This document shows positions 32,338 to 44,841 of a stretch of 64,000 nt of DNA, piece by piece (position 1 is the first letter of the stretch; the number at the start of each line of letters is the position of its first letter). The stretch spans positions 36,886,296 to 36,950,295 of the forward strand of contig NC_068999.1 of the NCBI RefSeq assembly GCF_001194135.2, in the 5' to 3' direction. The position numbers and the translations under genes were made by a program. This DNA is from Octopus bimaculoides. Its lineage: Eukaryota. The notes below the pieces were generated by a model that was not told where the DNA came from, ran no database searches, and saw nothing but the letters and a program-made list of their open reading frames with translations.

Positions 32338-35073
32338 TGTGTTTTATATTCTGCTTTCGCGCCTCCTCCTACCTTCTCTTTCTCTCTCTCTCTTTTTATC
32401 CCATTTGCTCTAATCCTCCTCTTTCCTCTCTCTTTTTCACTCTCTCTCTCTCTCTTCCTTCCCCTTTTCGTTCTTATCCTTCTTTTTCACTCTTTACCTT
32501 TCCCCTTTTTATCCCCTTCTTTCTGTTATTGGAATTTTACATCTCCCTTCCCTTGTATTTTTTATTTTGCCCTATCTCTTCTTTTCTTTATATTTCATTT
32601 TGATCTCTCCCTCTTTCTTCCTATCACCATATTCCGTCTTCTACTTTTTTTCTGACATTACATTTTCGCAGTGCCTTTCTCTCGTGCCTCTCTCTATTGT
32701 TACTGTCTTTTTATCACATCTATCACTACTCTCTCTCTTGTTCATTTTGTTTTTCAATTACATAGCGTCACTGTCACACCACCTTATTTTCCTTATACTC
32801 ACGCATTTAAATATTTCTTAACTACTGTCTTTCCGTCACCTCTCATATTTTATCCACAAATAAAGACTGTCCACCAAATGCGGTGTTGAGCACTCGTTCT
32901 CACAGTTCGATACTATCGTGTGTGCGCACACACACACATACATAAAACATTGTTTTTCTCCGTAACGCACACTCTTTGTTTCTATTTTTCTCTGTTCTTT
33001 TCTATTTATCATTCTATCTGTCTTGCCGTTATTCAAATGTTCTCTTCACTGAACTATCTATTTATCTGTATCTCTTCTCCATTTTTATCTGTCTGTCTGT
33101 CTCTCCCCTTGTACTACAATTACTAATCCACCCTTTTTCTTTCTCTTAAAACGTATCATCATGTCCCCTTCTCTCTCGCCATTACTTCCCCTATGTCTGT
33201 CTGTCTGTCATTCACCCTCTCTTTCTCTCTTTTATTAGGTCTCTTTTCCTTCATCTTGTCTTTCTCACATTAGTCTCTCTCTCTCTCTCTGCAATTTACC
33301 CGTCCCTCTCTCTTGTATCACTTGTCCCGTTATTCAGTTTATATTAATTTCTCCCATCCTGTATCTATTCAGTTTACCCACTCCTGCGAAATTGCTGGCC
33401 TTGTGCCAAAATTTGAAATATTCCTTCAGTATGTCTCTCACGACATCTCTCCTCTTACTTATTTCTATGCATCTTACACTCGTCTTCCTCACTGTTATTA
33501 ACTGTCCTTCCTCTCTGAGCTTCAATCCCATCTATACTTTAAACATCGCACCTCATTGACACAGCTGATGAGACTGTTCTCTTAAATGGAGAACCGACCA
33601 TAAAATGAGGGTCTGCTTTGTGATTATTATATTTACGTAGAATTGACACCCCAACTTTGTAGCCACTTAATCCCCTTCAGAAGAGATTTTGAAGTATAGT
33701 CTCACATGTATAGGGATGTGTGTTTTGTTTTTGCTCTCCTCCATTTCATTTTAATTTATATTGTGCTTATTGTATATATTTCTATTTATTATGCGTAATA
33801 TATATGGAAACGAGTGTGTACGTACACAGACAAGGGCTGGTCTGAAAGTAATAAAAAAGTGGGCATAACTTTTTTTAACTGACTCAGGTCGAATTGCACG
33901 TGTTGGTAGAATAACTCTTGCTCTAAGGTCCTACTAAACAGTCTCTATTTCAGGTGATAAATATGTGCCATCATTTAACTCATTGGATCTCAACCATTTT
34001 TTTTTTTTTTTTTTGCCTATGGACCACCTTGATTTCCATTTTACTCGCGTAGATCTCCATAGCCATTCATCTATATGAATGTGTGTCTGTGTGTGTATCT
34101 CTAAAACTTGAGAACTACACAAGCAATTTCATTCAAATTTTACATATGCCTTACTTAGGGTCCATGTAGTGCCATAGGCCCAAAATTTTTTTTAACTTCT
34201 TGCCTAGTACGAACCCAGAGCAATATCATATCTTCTCCATTATTTCAGTATTATCTGTCAAAAGTGAAACAATAACATTTCTCTATTGTAATGTCAGATA
34301 TTTTCACTTTAGTAGCTTCACTTTACTATCGGAACTATTAAAGTGAAACTATTATATCACATATACAGGCATACATATATGTGTGTGTGTGTGTGTGTGT
34401 ACATCTGCACAAATATATATATATATATATAGCTGTATATGTATAGATATATGGATGTATGTATGTGTGTGTGTGTGTGTGTGTGTACATATATATATTT
34501 ATACACACATATATATATATATATATAGAGAGAGAGATGTGCATGTAATATGTACACATATATACACCCATACACACACATACATACACACACACACATA
34601 TATATACATAGGTGCAGGTGTGGCTGTGTGGTAAGAAACTTGGTTCCAAAACACATGGGCCTGGGTTCACTCCCACTGTGTGGTGACAGGGCATGTGTCT
34701 TCTGCTATAGCCTCAGACCAACCAAAGCTTTGTGAGTGGATTTCATAGACAGAAACTGAAAGAAATCAATCATATATATATGTATGTATATATGTAAGTG
34801 TATGTGTGTTTCTTTGTCTCTGTGTTTCTCCCTCATCACTGCTTCACAACTGCTGTTCGTTTATTTACATCCCCATAACTTACTCCTTTGACAAGAAGAA
34901 ACTGATAGAATAAGTACCAAGCTTATCAAAATAAAAAAAAAAAGCACTAGGCAATGTCTCAAATTTTTGTTTGCCCACTCAGTTGTATCTATCAATCTAT
35001 CGTTTTGTGTGTATGTGTATGTATATTATATAATACACACACATATACATGTATGTATATGTGCATATTCATA

Positions 35074-36759
35074 TCTATTATATAAAAGTCAATGTCTTTA
35101 TGTTTGTGTTACTTATACATTCGAAAACTACTGCACCGATCCTCATGAAATTTGGAACACAAAATCCAAGCATAGGGAGAAGGGTAATGCTGTGTGCTTC
35201 ATACAATTTCATGGACCAAAATTACTGAATGAATCCTTATGATATTTGGAGCTTAGATTCAATGCATAAGGGTGGGTATAATGCAATATGTTTGGTTTAA
35301 ATTTGAGATGGCTTAAACGGAGCAGAACCCCCATAAAAATTGATAAATTTTCAATGTTGATAAAATTTCAACCATGGGTAATTGACACACATCAAGAAGT
35401 ATTCTCAAAGTTTCCACTTCTCATGAGAATTCTAAGACCCCCCCCCCCCCTAGTGGGGGCCTTAACTCTCAAATTTTAGTCATTTTTTATGATCCAAATC
35501 TAGGTCAAAAGTACTGAATGGATCTTTATGAAATTTGGAAATTATATTCTATGCATAAGGGCCATAACCCCCATGAAAATTCATATTTTTGCTGTTGATG
35601 TAATTTTAACCATAGATATTAGACACAAATGAAGTAATATTTCTAAAATTTCATCTTCTTAGAAGTTAGAAAGACCCTTTCATGGGGACTTAACACCCAC
35701 AATTTAGTCATTTTATCTAAGCAAAGACGAATACAGTTGTACTCTTGGAAGCTGTAGGTCACCCAAGCATAAAAGATGAGCATTATTTGTAATACAATGG
35801 TACAACAGTGTAAGAGTTTGCTTTGAGATCTACTTAGATTGTGATTTCTGCAATATGGTGCATAAATTGTCAAGTAAATGAGAGGCATCTTTCCCTCCAC
35901 TGATTCATTTGCAAAGTGTTCAGTAAAGTTATTTGGTTGCAGACCTCCTTTGAGTCTTTTTATTATTACTCGGTCACACATAGTCCCCCGATGGTAACAT
36001 TGATTTCAAGTCCTTCCCAGATGATTGACTGGTTATTGAAAGACATTTATAGATTGTAAATTTATTCTGTCCAGTTACCTATCGGTATAGTGGTCATTTG
36101 CAAACTCCAGAGGTGACACTTTCATTTCTCCTTAGCCCTCACGTCCCACAGTTGTTAATGTTTTTGAGTTGGGTCACACCCTTCCAATTGCTATAGATCC
36201 GTAATGCATCTTATGACTGTGCCTGTCACCTGTATGGTGAAGAATCCAACATTGGTAGTGGTAACGACTAGGGTAGGGTAGCTGATTGCTTATTGTGATC
36301 AGTCGTCGTTTGGTTTCCTGTAGCTTTGCTCTTTTTTACAAACCCAGTGAACATGCATATATTTCCTATTTCAAAGAAATTCAAACAATAGATATAAGAG
36401 CCAAGTTACAAAGATTCTCAACAATTCAACTTCTCTGGTTGACATTAAGTCACCCTCCCCCAGTAGGGGCCTTAACTCCCACATTTTAGAGCTCCATGAC
36501 CTCCATTTTTCAGGAGCAAAATCCTTTTAACAGGTTCCATAAGACTGGAATTTTGGAATCTGCGCATAAAGATCAGTAGTATGGGATACATGTGTCATGA
36601 TTAGAATTTTTTTAGGGTGTGTAAAGAGGGAAAGAATGCTCATTTGCAATTTTGATGAAATTCGAACCATAGTAAAACCAGTTCATTAGAGAAAATCTAA
36701 CAGAAAAGTCTAATTCTTCAATTGCATGTCACACGGGCAACGCTGGGTATCTCTGCTAC
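35074..36759 (+). mobile_element. Non-autonomous Helitron
   Basis: A|TC start (TCTATTATATAAAAG); 3' hairpin cacgggcaacgctggg followed by CTAC|T (CTAG-like); internal repeated units (ATGAAATTTGG, GGGGCCTTAACTC). Confidence 0.6.
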
Positions 36760-37450
36760 TTGTATATAAAGAGATCCTACTGTATTTTTATGATTAAATA
36801 TCATTAGAAATTGTATAAAAAAAAAATTTTGATATTTTGTGTATTGTAGAAGTATAGCCAATTTATTACAAATAAATTTTAACAACAAAATCTTATATGA
36901 ACCCTGGTTGAGAACAACTGATTTAGCTCAAATCTGAAATACACTTTGAAAAAAAAATCAGATCTGCACTGTTGTACCTACTTCGTAGTCACTGTCATCT
37001 TGGGTGTGTTATCAAACTGCTGTCCCTGAAGACTGTCCTTCATTGGACCAAACAGGTGGACATTGGTGCCATTCCAGGCTGTATGGTGGATTGGGAATCA
37101 TTGATTACCTGATTTGCTATGAAAGATGTGTGGCTGTGCATTGCCTTGATGAATCTAGATTATCTTCAGATTCTTGTTTCAACAATTCCTCTTTTAAGGT
37201 TTTTCTAAGCTCTTGGAGTGACCCATGTTGGCATGGGTTGGATAGGAGTTTTTAAGGCAACATTATGTGGCTGGATCAGATACCTTTCTTGATGCCAACC
37301 CTATTAAATCTTTGTAATTTCAAAATCCTTTTCTAGTAATGAATGTATAAAGCAAGAGATTTCAAACTCCTGTTCATTATCGTCTTCCAGGCTATAACAG
37401 ATTAGTTTAAAACCGCTTGCTCATTTGAATCCATATATGCTGATGACAGT

Positions 37451-37816
37451 GGAGGCGCAATGGCCCAGTGGTTAGGGCAGCAGACTCGCGGTCATAGGAT
37501 CGCGGTTTCGATTCCCAGACCGGGCATTGTGAGTGTTTATTGAGCGAAAACACCTAAATCTCTACGAGTCTCCGGCAGGGGATGGTGGTGAACCCTGCTG
37601 AACTCTTTTTCACCACAACTTTCTCTCACTCTTACTTCCTGTTTCTGTTGTGCCTGTAATTCAAAGGGTCAGCCTTGTCACACTGTGTCACCCTGAATAT
37701 CCCCGAGAACTACGTTAAGGGTACACGTGTCTGTGGAGTGCTCAGCCATTTGCACGTTAATTTCACGAGCAGGCTGTTCCGTTGATCGGATCAACTGGGA
37801 CCCTCGACGGAGTGCC
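37451..37816 (+). mobile_element. Full-length SINE family C with 14-bp TSD
   Basis: tRNA-like head with box A TGGCCCAGTGG and box B GGTTTCGATTCC; TSD ATGCTGATGACAGT at 37437-37450 and 37817-37830. Confidence 0.92.
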
Positions 37817-38582
37817 ATGCTGATGACAGTTCTTAAAATTGAACCTGCAGCAGATTTTTGAAAATCCAGATATAGAAGCAAAACCTGGAATTGAGTACCC
37901 TCAGAGTGAAATTTACACAGATTACACTTTTAATGGCAGTGAGCTGGCAGAATTGTTAGCTCACTCGGTGAATTGCTTAGAAGTAATTTCATCCATTTTT
38001 ACATTCTGAGTTCAAATTCTGCCATGGTTGACTTTGCTTTTCATCTTTTTGGGGTTGATAAATAGGTACCAGTTGAATACTGGGATGAATGTTATCGACT
38101 GAACTACCCCTGGGAATAAGTATATAAACTGTTTCCCTCTGCCAAGCCTTTTTGAGCCAGTATGGCAGAGTAGGCTCAACAAACCAGTATGATCTCGAGC
38201 CATTCTCTGGTGGAGAGAACATGCTGAGAAGGCCTTCATCCTGTAGTGGACTGAGCATGGGCAATCCAATCAAGTCCAACAGTTTTAATAAGTAGAAAAG
38301 AAGAGTGAACTACTCTGCTTCCATGAGAGGGCATTGTTCACATGGGAAATGCTTGGTATTTACAAACACTGCTGTCTATTCCATTTTCTGGTGAGAATAA
38401 AGTCTGTCTGACACGTGTGCTCACCTGACTGGTAGGTGATCAGGTGGCATTGGCTCCTTTCCTCAAATTCATACCGCAATGTTGAGGTCGTTTGAATCAC
38501 ATCCCAGCATTCTTCCCCATTCTTTGTATCATACCCATACCCTTAATGCACACCATAGAAGTCATTGTGGTGTTGCCTAATA

Positions 38583-38798
38583 CAAGGGGGTGCTGAAAAG
38601 TTCCTGGCTTTAAGGGTATCATGAAAGACCTTGTTGGAGGCCTACTCTTGCAAATTCTTTTGCAGAAATTAGAAAAACTGAAAAACTGCTGCAATAAGTG
38701 TGTGAATCTGAGAGGGGAACATGTTGAATGAAGCTATAATTAACTGATTTTCCTGTATTTTCTTTTACCCAAAGCCAGGAACTTTTCAACATCCCTTC
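38583..38798 (+). mobile_element. Mariner internal-deletion derivative
   Basis: TA then TIR aagggggtgctgaaaagttcctggcttt / aaagccaggaacttttcaacatccctt; retains the transposase C-terminus EKLKNCCNKCVNLRGEHVE*. Confidence 0.8.
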
Positions 38799-41212
38799 AC
38801 TTATCCATTAATGCAATCGGCCAAGGTAATGGGGCCACTATCATTTTTTTTTTATTGAGGTGCATATGCAGAGATAACTGTCACTGTTTTTTTCTTTCCC
38901 CTATGGACTAGCCTAAACATAATTATTTCATCACTTACTCAAACTACTTCAGTTACTTTGTTTATTTGTTTTTTCTGCTAACAGTCTGCCAATATTTATC
39001 TTCTGCTTGTTTCAGTCATTAGACTGCAGCCATGCTGGAGCACTGCGTTGAGGAATTTTAGTTCAATGAATTGAACCCAGAGCTTATTTTTTTTCCGTAG
39101 AGCCTGGTACTTATTGTATCAATTCTTTTGCCAAACCACTGAGTTATGGAGGCATAAATACACCACCAGTTGTCAATTGGTGGTGGGGGACANNNNNNNN
39201 NNNNNNNNNNNNNNNNNNNNNNNNNNNNNNNNNNNNNNNNNNNNNNNNNNNNNNNNNNNNNNNNNNNNNNNNNNNNNNNNNNNNNNNNNNNNNNNNNNNN
39301 NNNNNNNNNNNNNNNNNNNNNNNNNNNNNNNNNNNNNNNNTGCTGTGCTTGAGAAGATGTGTCAAGCTTAGTAAGATAGCTGCCATCCATACATAGAGGT
39401 TTGTCCTTCACAAATACCAGTGCTGTATAAACACACCCTCGCCAATGGCATGTAGAAAGCACTCAGCACACTCTGTAAAGTGGTAGACGTAAGGAAGGGC
39501 ATCCAGCCATAGAAATCATGCCACAACAGACAATTGGAGTTTGGACAGCTCCCAGCTCTCTGGTTGACCAGTTCTTGTCAAACTGTCCAACCCATACCAG
39601 CATTAAAAAAAGGACATTAAACGATGATGATGATGATATATATGCAATGGGCTACTTTATTTCCATCTACCTAATCCACTCACAAGTTTTTGATCAGCCC
39701 AAGGCTACAGTAGAAGACACTTGCCCAAGGTGCCATGCAGTATGACTGAACCCAGAACCATGTGGTTGAGATGCAAACTTCTTACCACACGGTCACACCT
39801 GCACTTATTTAAACACATATTATAAAATACAGATGTGGGTTAGTGCCATGGGCAGCCTGACATTTTCCATCCAAGCATATTTTATTGGCCAGTATTTTCA
39901 CACTATTATCTATAACTTTGTGTTCCACCATTAAAGACGATTTATTTCACTTTTGAAGCTTCTAAATTCTTATAACGTAAAAAACGAAAAATAATATTGA
40001 AATAAGGGAAGCAACTCAAAAAAGCCAGTGTCATTAATTGAAAATAAAAACAAATGCGTGTGTATGTACCAATTGATTTACATAAAACATTTGTAATGAA
40101 TAGAAATATTCCTCTTTATTTAAGAAAGAAAACAAAAACCTAGTGGAGTGGCATTTTTTAGTGACCCACAATCAAAAGGGGAGGTAATTTCAACAAATTA
40201 GAATTTAATTAGAAAATAAAATTAATTCTCATGCTTGAAGCAAAATTTGATTTATGTTTACTGCATACATCATTCAAGACCATCAGCCATTTCAAGGTAG
40301 GTTTATGAAAGCAAGTACATTCCAGACAATTGCTAATTCACTATCTATTTCAGCTGAATGGTATGCTTGTGGTGAGAATAGAGTGAGTGTGTGCTGCACT
40401 TTCATTGTATAGTTAATGTGTGTGTGTGGGGGGTGAGGTGCAGGTAGTAATGTAATGGTGGTGTTGGTGGAGCAGAAGCGAAAGCAAGAGCTTGGTAGAA
40501 AGAGAGCTGTGGGTGTGTGTGTGAGAGAGAGAGAACCCAAATACAGACACACATACACCACACACACACACACACACACATGTATAATGTGTGTACAGGT
40601 GAGTGTAATGAGAGAGATTTTGGAATGTAAGCTCAAAACCTATACCCCACACATACTTACACATACACAAATACACACATACGGAAAAAGTTCCAATGGA
40701 AAGTATGTTTATAAACATTTGGACAGAAATCAACCAAGAAATCAATTAATTTAATATTATTTCTTTGAAATTATCTGAGCATGCAGGAAAGACTATTTTT
40801 GTTTGAATAGTTCAGACATTTTGTGTTATTCAGTGAAATATGAAGGTATTCTGCTAACTGCAAGCATTAGTTCATAGGAAAGGTTTTGTTAGATAGGGTT
40901 AAATTTTATTTATTTATTTTTGCTGGAATACTAGACTAATTTTACCTAACACTAGAAATTGGTTTATTATATAGTTAGAACAACATAAAATGCTTATGTG
41001 GGATACTAGAGTAAACATATAAGATTAACACTGGATAGTGGTTTTTGTAATGTAGATAATAGTTTACTGGAATACTTCAGTAGTTATTATATTTTTAACA
41101 TCAGACAAGGATTTAATTAAATATTGTGGTAATTATTCAGTGTTAGCACTAAATATTGGTCGAGCATAATTGTAGGGTAACATTGTGTTTTCAGTTTCAG
41201 TCGCTGTTTTAA

Positions 41213-41394
41213 CCCATTAACATTTAAACTGGCCACATCCAGCCCAAATATTTTACCTACTTTATGTTCAAAGTTGCCAGATCTGATCTCTCATACCTTC
41301 TCTACAATGTCCTTATAAAAATATACAACCACATCATTGAAATCTGTCGATAAATAAGCATTACATTTGACAGAGTAATCTGAATGCTAAAGGG
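41213..41394. mobile_element. piggyBac-type MITE
   Basis: TTAA|CCC...GGG|TTAA. Relatives at 51973-52188, about 10325-10553 and 49440-49590. Confidence 0.75.
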
Positions 41395-42060
41395 TTAATG
41401 GATTACTTGATAAATATGTATTGCTAATATCAAACATGGATTAACTATTTTGCTGTTTATATTATACCAGTTTAATCTCTGTGCTTCATAGCTACTACTA
41501 TGAAACAATTGATGTTCGTATTTGTAATAAGCAGGTATAGATGTAATAGACATGTTATGCTAATGTTTCACTCCTGCTTTTTGTCTATTAGTTTCCCACC
41601 AACTGCGTTATGCTTTTAACACTATTGATACTGTCAGAATGAATGGTATTGCCCAGGTGTCGAAACCATAATGATATGCATTAGGCAACTGATGATAGAA
41701 GTATATGTTTGATTTGCATGTTGTCTGTGAATTTTTTTAAAAGTTGTCCTTCATTCTGTTTGGATCGAACTTGTTAAAGGATTCTTGGTTTTTAGTGTGG
41801 TTTTGTTGCTTATATTATTCCATACTTTAAGGTGACAAGCTGGTGGAATCACTAGCACTCCAGACAAAACGCTTAGCAGCATTTCTTCTTCATATTCTGA
41901 ATTCAAATTCCGCTGAGGTCAGCTTTGCCTTTCATCCTTTTGAGGTTAACTAAGTACCAGTTAAGCACTAGGATCAATATAATCCACTAGCTCTCTCCCC
42001 ACAAAACTTCAGGCCTTGTGCATATAGCAGAAAGGATTATACCATATATTGATATTACAT

Positions 42061-42395
42061 GAATGCCCTTCACTGGGGAATTTCAACCATGTTTCGTGGT
42101 CTGCTACCACAACAGCTCCTTTATAGGATCCAGTTAGCTCAAGACATCATCAGGAGGAACCACGTCCGGTTGCGGCCCCTACTCCTCTACCGTTTTGACG
42201 TGGCGGGGCCCCACCTTTCGGAGGTGTCTTCAGCTCTGGTGCTGGGTGCATGTCTTCTTTCTTCTATTCCCTGGCCTCTTTGATGCAGCATCAACGAGTG
42301 TCAGCGTCCGACTGACTGTCTTGTCAAATTCCCCTTTTTATACCTGCTGCTAGGCTCCAGCAGGCTGCCCCACTGGGATTCTAATTATGGCTAGA
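42061..42395 (-). mobile_element. Penelope-like pseudo-LTR fragment
   Basis: Minus-strand TATAAAA (42336-42342) followed downstream by CTGATGA...GAAAC. 42078-42171 is identical to the reverse complement of 31475-31568. Confidence 0.5.
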
Positions 42396-42594
42396 GTGAT
42401 TCTTACTTAAGAGTTCACAGAGGTTTTGTTGCGTATAATATTAATTAGGTTAAGTACATAATGTTAACACTGAGTGTGAGTATTAAACTGGGATAACTCC
42501 ATATTTTCAGTCAGTGACAAATATTGGGTTAATGAATAAGAAATTAGTTTAGTAAAATATTGGAGTAACAAACAGTATTTAGTTGACTTTAGGC

Positions 42595-42850
42595 CAGTGG
42601 TTCTCAACTGGGGACCACATGACCCTTGGGGGGTCCATATAAGATTTTGTTCAAATTTATGTGCAATAAATTTTCTTATACTTTTGCAATACATAAAGTA
42701 TTTGAATAATTTTTTTATGCACTTCCTAATAATATTTAATTATAAGACTGTAATAGAATTTTTTAAACATCAAATGGCTATAGGGGTCCACCAAAGTAAA
42801 TAGGAATCAAAGGGGTCTAGAAGGTTTTAAAAAATGGTTGAAAACCACTG
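42595..42850. mobile_element. hAT-type MITE, same family as 18213
   Basis: CAGTGGTTCTCAA TIR; imperfect 8-bp TSD ctttaggc/ctccaggc. Confidence 0.8.
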
Positions 42851-42878
42851 CTCCAGGCAATGGATGAGAGTGGTTTAA

Positions 42879-43083
42879 CCCTTTTGTTACTGTATTTATT
42901 TTGAGATGCTCAGTTTCTTTCAATTATTTTGAATATAACATAAAATTTAGTAAAATAACTTAGTTCTCATTAAGTTAGTGTTAGGAATATAAATTGTTAC
43001 TAATGTTTGGTAGAAGATTTTGAAAACAAGACATTTGTACTACAGTATCAGAGCCAGTTTCAGCTGGGTTGGTAATGAAGGGG
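42879..43083. mobile_element. piggyBac-type MITE, second family
   Basis: TTAA|CCCTT...AAGGG|TTAA; related to 55392-55900, which hosts the R4-like insert. Confidence 0.75.
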
Positions 43084-43612
43084 TTAAGATTTAATCACAA
43101 TGATCTGACAGCTATTACTGTCAGCTGAACTGAAATTTGAAGCAGGGCCTGATTAGTCAGGCATCTGGTTGAATTGATTAGTGAACTGTGATATACGATT
43201 GATCAGTTTGATCTGGCAGCTGGTTGAACTCACTGGTGGATTATCGACTCAGATTGATCAGTTTCATCTGATTGGTGAACTAAGACTGATCTGGCAGCTG
43301 GTTGAACTGACAGGTGGGCTATGATATAAGATTGTTCTTACAGTTGGTTGAATTGATTGATTGGTGTACTGTAGTCTAAGATTAATCTGACAGATGACTG
43401 AACTATTTGCAATGGCGAGTAAAATGGTTTTTACTGGAAACCCAGTGAAAACCTGATGAGTTTTGAACCTGTCTCTCATTAACAGGTAGGTAAGTCAGTA
43501 CTCTACCCATCTTTTCATGAGCAGACTATTAAATATTGAGCCACCTCACACTGTCCACTTTTCATAATTGGAAAAACCTTACCTACCTACATAAGTCACA
43601 GGTTCCCGCTAC

Positions 43613-43666
43613 CTCTAAAACCACTAAAAACAGTTCTTCTCTAAAACCACTAAAAACAGTTCTTCT
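43613..43666. repeat. Exact 26-bp tandem duplication
   Basis: (ctctaaaaccactaaaaacagttctt)2 plus ct. Confidence 0.95.
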
Positions 43667-43929
43667 TTAAGTATTGTTACCACCTCTATAAAGGTGGCAA
43701 GCTGACATAAACGTTAGCACGTCAGGCTAAATGCTTAGCACATTTCATCCTTCTTTATGTTCTGTTTTGAAATTCCACTGAGTTCAGCTTTGCCTCTCAT
43801 CCTTTCAGGGTTGATAAAATAAATACCAGTTGAGCACTGAGGTCAATGTAATTGACTTGGGCTCTCTCACAAACTTGCTGGCCTTGTGCTAAAATTTGAA
43901 GGCATTATTACCACCACTACCACCGTCAG

Positions 43930-43962
<33 letters not shown>

Positions 43963-44329
43963 ATTCTATAACCTGTTATTTATGAGTTGAAAAGACAGAA
44001 AAAAAAAAAGAGGGCACGCCATTAAATATTTACAAAAGAAAAGAATTATTATTCTCAACATTAAACTAACAAACGGAACAAAAGACCAAAGAAATTAAAA
44101 ATATTTGAAAAGGAAAAAAAATAACTGCCTCTGAAAAGATTTTGGTACTTCACATATGTGAATGATTTGACATGAAAACCTGATAATAAGGGTACATTAC
44201 AATTATGCCATGTCAGAAAGATTGTTGAATAACTAGCTTTTAGAGAGTCTACTTCCTGCCTCTTCTTATTTATTGCTTTATGTACCACCTACCTATCTAC
44301 ATCTGTCTGTATCAACCGGTCTGTTTATC

Positions 44330-44370
<41 letters not shown>

Positions 44371-44841
44371 GTCCCTCTTTCTCTTCCTCTCTCCCTCACT
44401 CCTGTTTATCTGTATCTGTCCATCCATCCATCCATCTATGAAAATGCACATCTATCTGTCTGTCAGTCTATCTATCCATCTATCTGTCCTATCTATCTAT
44501 CTATTTACGATCCCTATTGATCGCTATTTTTTTTCTCTCGATCCCTTTTGATCGAACTCCCCCCTTTTTTCCTTCCTACGATCCCTTTTGATCGACACCC
44601 ACCCCCCTACTTTTTTCCCCTTCCTCCTCCCAAAAAGAAAAGCTCTACATTGTATTTGTCCCATCTTTGTTGAGCCCTGTGTGGCTAATAAAAGGAATGT
44701 ATCTATCTATCTAGCTATCTCCGTGTTTGCGTGTGTACTCGGAGTACTGACGAATTTGAATCAAACTGTTTTGATCCATAGGTGTGACTCCCAGTAAATG
44801 TGTTGAGTGCCCTTGTTTGCATGTATATATATATATATATA

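Noticed and set aside
32119-33126. Hydrophobic ORFs up to 178 aa
   Set aside because: CT-rich and TA microsatellite intron sequence after the 32105 donor; compositional artefact.
34338-34735. YI/HT/VC-repeat ORFs (also 47675-48322 and 62410-62815)
   Set aside because: Translations of dinucleotide microsatellites.
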